A stretch of DNA of 64,000 nt from Eledone cirrhosa (lineage: Eukaryota), in NCBI GenBank assembly GCA_964016885.1, contig OZ024741.1, positions 318,680,001 to 318,744,000 on the forward strand. The letters run 5' to 3'. Below are positions 56,296 to 64,000 of the stretch, in pieces. Made by a program: the position numbers and the translations under genes. The notes under the pieces are model-generated. The model ran no database searches, was not told the origin of the DNA, and was given only the letters and a program-made list of their open reading frames with translations. Every line of letters starts with the position of its first letter. The first letter of the stretch is position 1.

Positions 56296-56819
56296 GCACT
56301 GGATAAAGAACTCGCTCAGCGCGTGGGCCCTCATTTGCTTATAATAATTGTTTCTACTTTTGGCACAAGGCCAGCAATTATCCAGTGTATTACTGGTATT
56401 TTATTTTATCGACCCGGTAAGGATGAAAGACAAAGTTAACCTTGGCGGGATTTGAAGTCAGACCATAAAGGGCCGTAACTCTTTGCTGCAAAGCATTGCG
56501 TCCGACCCTCTACCGATACTGCCAATCTGGGAGAGCGTGAGAGACGGAGGTAGTGACAGTAGGTGTTTGGTTTGATAGTGTTCGGACCTGGTGTATATGT
56601 ACATATTTATTTACCACATCGCATTAATAGTAAAACGGGTATCTTTTAAAATGAGTGAAACTCACATGTTTATAGAATCAAAATACCCACTTGCCACTAA
56701 CTTAGCTTAGTTAATGCTATATATAGTGTTTTGAGAAGCCTTTATCGTCTAAAATCTGTCAAACGTTCATTAGCTGACTTAGACACCTTTCCAGAAAAGA
56801 AATGGAATGATGTACCTGT

Positions 56820-57710
56820 CCTGGCTGAGAATAGAAAAGGCGATTTGCCCTTGCTGAGGATAGGAAATGCTGGGTTGCCCTGGCTGAGAATTAAAAGGCT
56901 GGGTTGCCCTGACTAGGGGTAGGGAATGGTAGATTGCCTTTGCTGGGGATAGGAAAGGCTGGATTTCTCTGGCTAGGGTTAAGAAATGCTGGGTTGCCCT
57001 GGCTGGAGAGAAGAAAGGCTGGATTGCCTTGGCTGGAGAGAAGAAAGGCTGGATTGCCCTGACTAGGGATAGGAAATGCTGGGTTGCCCTGACTGAAAAT
57101 AGGAAAAGCTGGGTTGCCCTTGCTGTAGATAGGTAAGGCTGGTTTGCCCTTACTGGGGATAGAAAAGGCTGGGTTATCCATGCTAGTGATAGTAAATGCT
57201 GGGTTGCCCTTGCTGGGGATAGGAAATACTGGGTTGCCCTGGCCGTGGATAGGTAAGGCTGTGTTGCCCTTGCTGGGGATAGGAAATGCTGGGTTGCCCT
57301 TGCTGAAGATAGTAAATGCTGGGTTGCCCTTGCTCTGGATAGGAAATCCTCGGTTGCCCTTGCTGGGATAAGAAATGATGGGTTGCCCTTGCTCTGGATA
57401 GGAAAGCTGGATTGCCCTTGCTGGGGATAGGAAAGGCTGGGTTGCCCTGGCTGTGGATAGGAAATCTGAGTCGTCCTGGCTGTGGATAGGTAAGGCTGCG
57501 TTGCCCTGGTTGTGGATAGGTAGGGCTGAGTTGCCCTTGCTGGGGATAGGAAATTCTGGGTTGCCCTTGCTGGAGATAGTAAATGCTGGGTTGCTCTTGC
57601 TCTGGATAGGTAATGCTGGGTTGCCCTTACTGGCGGTAGGAAAGGCTGGGTTGCCCTGACTATGAATAAGAAAGGCTAGGTTGCCCTTGCTGTGGATAGG
57701 AAGGGGTAGG
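56820..57710. repeat. 30-bp minisatellite (GCTGGGTTGCCCTTGCTGGGGATAGGAAAT)n, about 29 units
   Basis: Direct inspection; produces the 10-aa periodic ORF PSKGNPAFPI. Confidence 0.95.
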
Positions 57711-59107
57711 TTTTTCTGAGAATATGTAGGAATATAGAGAATATGTTGCCCAGACAGTCTCATTTGTCTCAAAACGTGGGTGCTACTAAATTTAAGTAAG
57801 TAGTTTCGACGAAACTACAAATTAAACAGCTACTATTCATAACACATATTACAGTCTGTGTGTTTCACAACGAACATCTTTCATTATCTTTATTTTCGAG
57901 CTATTGCAGTATCACCATTATAGCATGAGACTCCATTTTCCTTAGTATTCCTATACAAAGTCAGAATGTACCATGGCTTATTTCCCCCTCTCCTAAATAC
58001 TTAACGATTATACCAAACAAATAAAATATTTAAAACGCTTCAAATTATAATTTTTCGTACCGCCTTATCTAAATAGCATTTCTATTATTGACTTGATAAT
58101 GGATTTGCAGGCTGATTGTTGCCAACATAAATAATCAATTAAAAAAATATATATAATTTCTAAACTATCGCATTTTTTTATTTACCAAAACTAGGAACAT
58201 TGCAGTTGGCAGACGCAAATACGCTAAATGTTTATGTATTTTAAGTATATATGCACAATGCACTAGTAAGCTCTGTGTGTCTGTGTGTGTCTATGTACAG
58301 TGTGTACTGTGTGTGTCTATGTACTGTGTGTGTCTGTATGTAGGTGCATCTGTTTAATGTTTGCAAGCTGTCACAATTTGCACGTGAAATCTTTCCGGAA
58401 TGTCTTCACAGTAGAAATTTAGTTTGAGCACAGACATATCACAGATTCAACGTTGTTAAACTTTAAATGTTGAAAATGTTGAAAATCACCAAATATTTTA
58501 CAATATTTGTCTAGCTGTCATATTCAAGAGTTCGAATTATAAGTATGGAAGTGGAGTAAATTAATAAAAACAAAACAGAATAAAACAAGTTTGTACTTTT
58601 ACCTTTTATTTCATAATATTTCGAGCTTACGAACTCTTTTTCAAAAGAAAAGCAATGTAGTGTGATATTGAAACGATGGTCTGGCATGATCGCAATCTAA
58701 TGAAGCCAGTAAAAGAATTAAATAAATGAATATATATTCTTTATATTCTATTCATTTACTGATTTCAGTCATTAGACTGGAATCTTCAAAGAAGTTAGTC
58801 GACCATATCAACACCAGTACATGTTTTTTTTTAAGTCTAGTACATATTTTATAGATCTCTTTTATAGATCACCGAACCGTTAAGTTACGGGACATAAACA
58901 AAGAAAGACACTGACACGGATGGGCACATACGCGCACACACCAAATTTCACTTACAAAGCGTTGGTCAACCCGAAGTTATAGAAGTAGACACTTATTAAA
59001 GATACCAAGCAGCTGGATTGAACTGGAAACCAAGTAGTTGTGAAGAGAACTCCTTAAACACGCATCCATCTCTCTCTCCCTCCCTCTCCCCCTCTCTCTC
59101 TCTTCCA

Positions 59108-59153
<46 letters not shown>

Positions 59154-59158
<5 letters not shown>

Positions 59159-59221
59159 GGGTATCCCAAAAAAATTGTATGCACATTGTGGTAGTGTGTA
59201 TATATGTTTTGGGACACCCTG
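59154..59221. mobile_element. Tiny Tc1/mariner MITE in (TA)n
   Basis: TA-CAGAGGGTATCCCAAAA ... TTTTGGGACACCCTG-TA; diverged relative at about 32743-32842. Confidence 0.75.
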
Positions 59222-60671
59222 TATATATATATATATATATTTATATTTTATTAGACGGTGGCCATGCTGATTTAGTCTGCCATTCGAACCCAGGGTTAAT
59301 TTTTCCAAGTCTGGTATTTATTCTATTGATTTCTTATTTTATTGTTCTCATTTTTGTTAAACTGATAAGTTATGGGATATGGGATACAAACATAACCAGA
59401 CGAGCACGCACTCACACACACGTTCTGCAGTTTCCGAGGACCCGAGGTTATAATAGGACATACCTGCCGAAGATGCTGCGCAGTGGGAACCTAGAACCAC
59501 CTGATTGCAGAGCGAACGTCTTAACGATACAGCCATGACTCTGCGTGTGTGTGTCTGTGTGTAACATAATATCGATGTATGTGTATGTTCTAACGTACTC
59601 AAGACTATAACTGTGTGATGTATACGCTTTTGGCTCTATATATGTGTGCGTGTGTGTACGCTTGCGTGTCTATGTATATATGCGTACGTATACATGCATT
59701 TGTGTATATATACGTATATATACGAATGTATGCAGGTATCTATATATACTTATGATGCATGGAAGTATGCATGAATATATAGACGTGTGTGCATCATTTT
59801 GTGTAAATAGTCTGTCTACGTGTGTGTGTTTTGTAATTGTGCATATGCATGTATATGTGTGTGCTTGTGTGTTGGTGTGTGAGTGATAGAATTAATATAA
59901 TAGACAACAACAAGCCTACTATCACCACCACCACCAACAACAACAACAACAAAATCTCCACCACCACCATCAGCCCCACCATCATCACCACCATCTCCCA
60001 GCACCAAACAGTTAAACAGAGAAAACTATTGTGTTATTCCGTATTATCTATTCTCTCCTTATTCATCGATCTGCAATATCAGTCGTAATCAATACGTATA
60101 CACGATTGATAGCATTTGGGCGTGGAATCAAACGATGTTGAAACTTCAGGGTGAAATCGCATTAGTTGCAAAACAAACAACAATTTTTCAAGACAGATGT
60201 CTGGCAGTATTGGAAGATATGTTTATGTAAGTTTAGGAACTGTGCCTCCTCAAGTATTTAAAATGAAACAAATAAATGAAATTTACAGCTCACACCTATG
60301 TAGGTCTATTCTGGCATTCTACAAAATTACATCTCATAGAACGTTTCACTGTTTTGTTTTTGTTTGTTTGCTTTTTTTTTTTTTTTGTTCTTGACAGGGA
60401 CCCCAATCCTATCATGAACAGGAACGTGAAATGAAGCGTCTTGCTCAAGCACTTAACCCACCGCCCTGCCCAGAAATAGAACCCATGACTTTATAATTAG
60501 ATGTCCAACATTCGAACTACTTCATTTTGAATTGGTTAGTGTTTGGTTAGGGTTAGAGTTACTTTCTGTCTGCGTGAAGAAGGGTGACTTAGTGTTAACG
60601 GTGTTTGGTTTACGAGCGTAAGGTTGTGAGTTCGATTTCTGGCGTTACGTTGCAAAAACACTTTATTTGAT

Positions 60672-60857
60672 ATTTGTTAGAAATAGAAGCTTTCGCCGTA
60701 TTTTTTTTACTAAAGAAATTTTAGCCTGATAGTGGGGTTTAAAAACCCTCTAAAAATGGAAAAGGATGAGTATTGACCATTTTAGACGGTTTTTAAACCC
60801 CACTATCAAAATTTCTTTAGTCAAAAAATACGGCGAAAGCTTCTATTTCTAACAAAT
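60672..60857. repeat. Inverted repeat (~85-bp arms, 17-bp spacer) interrupting a SINE
   Basis: 60672-60759 vs 60777-60857 with a small indel. Confidence 0.9.
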
Positions 60858-60963
60858 TTCAAACTTCGCTCGCTGTTTCAAAACAAACTTGCTTTGTTAC
60901 TTTATTTCATTTTTCTCCAGTCCACGGAACTAGAAAATATTAGTTGTACCTCTGATTCACGCC

Positions 60964-61376
60964 AGGGTACACGTGGCTGTGGAATACTTAACCACTTACA
61001 CTTTAATACAAGATATTCTCTATCTGTAATTTACAAGAGCAATCTTTTCACACACTGTATCACGCTGAATCCCCCCGAAGATTACGTTAAGAATACACGT
61101 GTCTGTGATTCACGCCAAATCTGAACGAGGATTACGTCCAGGGTACACGTGTCTGTAGAATTCTTAACCATTAACACTGTAATACAAGATGTACTATATC
61201 TGTAATTTACAAGAGCAATCTTGTCACATACTGAATCACGCTGAATCCTTCCCGTGGGTTACGTTAAGAGTACACGTGTCTGTGGAATCTTCAGCCATTT
61301 TCACGTCAATTTCATAAACAGGCTGTTTCGTTGATCGAACAAGTGGAACACTCATTTTCAAACCCGATGGTTATCC
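60964..61376 (+). mobile_element. SINE family 2 body with internal ~175-bp tandem duplication
   Basis: CAGGGTACACGT..TCACGCTGAATCC..TACGTTAAGA occurs twice (about 60964-61108 and 61139-61285); related bodies at about 13800-13960, 20255-20410, 50140-50260. Confidence 0.72.
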
Positions 61377-61819
61377 TAAACAAAGTACCGGATGCTTATT
61401 GAAATGGATAACCATCGGATTTGAAAATGAGTGTTCCACTTGTACAGCTTGTCACTTGTGTCTGACACCGCTTCAAATATGTTGCTGTTAGAAAATAAGA
61501 TTGCCCTGCATCATCATTAATTTAAGAGTTACTGTATCTATTTGTGTTATACGACTTTATTGATATACGACTTAATTGTTATACGATTTCGTTGTTGTAC
61601 GACCCTTGTTCCTGATACAAAGCTTTTTCAGTTTTTGGTGGGTTCGTGTCCCATATACGTCAATGCTCATTCGTTTTTCCATTTCTGTGGATTTCTATAA
61701 CTCCAATTAGGCTAATTTAATCAAAAATACAACGGTGGCACTATTTTCACTACAAACAGAACTTAAAACGATAAGTTCTTGTTTTTTGGGATATGTCACT
61801 ATTTATAAAACAACTTTTG

Positions 61820-61866
61820 TATTTTATCTGATGAGAGCGTACCAAAATGTTGGTACCCTTGAAATA
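61820..61866 (+). ncRNA. Hammerhead family A, truncated by a Helitron-like insertion
   Basis: TATTTTAT CTGATGA GAGCGTACC..GGTACCCTT GAAA TA|TCTATATATATATAAAAAAAACTGTAGTTG. Confidence 0.75.
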
Positions 61867-61894
61867 TCTATATATATATAAAAAAAACTGTAGT

Positions 61895-61979
<85 letters not shown>

Positions 61980-62100
61980 TCATTTTTGCAAAGTCTATAC
62001 AAATCCACATTTCTACTCCGCTTGACTTCAAACTTACATTTGTATATTCCTTGCGGTCTAAAGATATTAACTACAGCTTTTATTTTTCAATTTTCTGTTG
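61867..62100 (+). mobile_element. 5' part of a Helitron-like element (3' end not found)
   Basis: Begins TCTATATATATATAAAA after an A and is followed by (TG)n, the same architecture as 595-1692; right boundary uncertain. Confidence 0.55.
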
Positions 62101-62723
62101 TTAAAGGGGTGTTAGGCGCCGGTTATCCATCTCCGTCGCGCCGTTATAATATCTGTCTGCATTACGACATTATAACAAACATTGATGACGTATTATGTTC
62201 GCTATTTTCCGTTCTTTGCCAGGGAACGTCTTCACGAACCAAAGTATCGTCTTGAATCGTTTGAATCGAGAACAAAAAAAAAACCGTTACTTAGTATATT
62301 TCTTTATGAATGTAATATAATATAACAACGCTGTATTTATATGTTAAAGTTTATGTATCATTCATATAAATAGGTGTTCTACAACATATTCACAACATAT
62401 TCACAGTTCAAACACTTATGTTTTTGTTTCTGGATCGAAAAAGTTACTTGCATATTTCTTTACAAATGTAATATAACAACGTTGCATTTATATGTGAAAG
62501 TGTATGTATCGTTCATATATCAAAAGTGTATGTATCGTTCATAAAAATAGGTGTTTTACAACACACTTACAGTTCAAACACTTATGTAGAATTATTGTAT
62601 GTAATCTTACCGCGTAATGTAACTCAACTTTTTCCAATATATGGTATGTTGCCTCCATGTAAGCCGTAATTACACACGTCCGATTATCGGACACTGACCA
62701 CAACGGTCGCCATTGTATGCATG

Positions 62724-62862
62724 TAGACCCTGGCCACCTTCCTTGCATGAGAAGTATAGCCTATCCACATCACCATTGATGGTAAAGTTCCCAGTAACAC
62801 TGAGAAGTTTGCGAGTTCTAACATCCATCTCACTTAGTTCTTGCAATGACCAGTTCAACAGG

Positions 62863-62866
<4 letters not shown>
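62724..62866 (-). mobile_element. 143-bp internal fragment of the R4/Dong-like LINE abutting (TA)n
   Basis: Near-identical to about 15989-16131 (GLLNWSLQELSEMDVRTRKLLSVTGNF..DVDRLYFS.KEGGQGL). Confidence 0.9.
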
Positions 62867-62910
<44 letters not shown>

Positions 62911-63384
62911 AAACATGCACCAGGTTTTCCATAAAAATGTCGAGCCCACAAACAAATATTATATTACAATATTCAGTTTCTCATGTCGTTAAAGAAAGTA
63001 AAACAACCAGTTATTTAACAATTTATGTAGAATCGCCCACTGAGTGTATTTGTAATCGTGCTATTGGAAATTAATATTTTAAAGCTCAGTAAAAATTTCC
63101 GGAAAATTGTATTAAATTCTAATTCAAAATTTCTCGTATGATACACGAGAAAATACGAAAGATTTTGTTACCTAAAAGGGGCTGAGTGTATAAGAATGAA
63201 ATGAACGTTGTGTATTAATATTCAGTATTAATACCAAAGCATATAAAAACATTGCTGACTGAATATATCTCACAAGCAATGATTCGAAAACAATAGAAAA
63301 TAACTGTCGAAGCTTCTTCAATGTTTAACGAAATAAATCTACTTTCTAGTTCGATGCCTAATTGCTGTTTTTTGTTCCTATTTC

Positions 63385-63386
<2 letters not shown>

Positions 63387-63423
<37 letters not shown>

Positions 63424-63430
63424 GCATATA

Positions 63431-63498
<68 letters not shown>

Positions 63499-63554
63499 TA
63501 TATATATAAATGCATATATATATGTGTATATATCTATATATATAAATGCATATA

Positions 63555-63599
<45 letters not shown>

Positions 63600-64000
63600 G
63601 TATATATATAAATGTATATATATAGGGATATATATATATAAATGCATATATATATGAATATATATATATATAAATATGTATATATATAAATGCATATATA
63701 TATGTATATATATATATATATGTATATATATAAATGCATATATATATATGTATATATGTATATATATATATATATATACATATATATATGTATATATATA
63801 TAAATGCATATATATATTTATATATATATATATACATATGTATATATATAAATGCATATATATATGTATATATACATATATATATATGCATTTATATATA
63901 TATATGCATTTATATATATAAATGCATATATAAATATACATATGTATATATATATATAAATGTATATATATATATATATATACATATGTATATATATAAA
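63387..64000. repeat. Degenerate (TA)n with recurring AAATGCATATA unit
   Basis: Direct inspection. Confidence 0.95.

Noticed and set aside
56891-57772. 293-aa ORF with PSKGNPAFPI repeats as a structural protein
   Set aside because: 30-bp minisatellite; single-base indels shift the frame mid-array, which argues against coding constraint
58605-58652. Degenerate hammerhead (UUGAAAA..GAGUU-cgua-AGCUC GAAA) on the minus strand, related to about 51330-51375
   Set aside because: Multiple core changes in AT-rich sequence; too decayed to call
60534-60561. Telomere-like TTAGGG
   Set aside because: Only one exact unit among degenerate neighbours

Overview
This is AT-rich eukaryotic, repeat-dominated DNA, probably intronic or intergenic. 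The SINE repertoire and dense (TA)n resemble an octopus-like cephalopod genome (inference only). I find no convincing host protein-coding exon; most ORFs in the track are microsatellite read-throughs. Recognisable elements are: a 5'-truncated Penelope-like retroelement (RT + GIY-YIG, 33826-36396), two R4/Dong-type RLE LINEs in (CATA)n, a Tx1/L1-type LINE with a 13-bp TSD, RTE LINE relics, a Gypsy pol relic with PPT and 3' LTR, mariner relics, hAT and Tc1 MITEs, Helitrons, tRNA-derived SINEs and several minisatellites. The main hidden signal is about 20 type-I hammerhead-ribozyme motifs from several sequence families, 13 of them with an intact core. They sit in short Penelope pseudo-LTR fragments that form fold-back inverted repeats anchored in (TA)n. 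Other notable observations: two different Helitron-like elements inserted at the same nucleotide of one ribozyme family; (TA)n arrays punctuated by TACAGTA/TACTGTA, the Tc1/mariner excision footprint; and a candidate recursive splice site with a 54-nt stop-containing exon on the minus strand. All structures were read by eye; nothing was folded or searched computationally.
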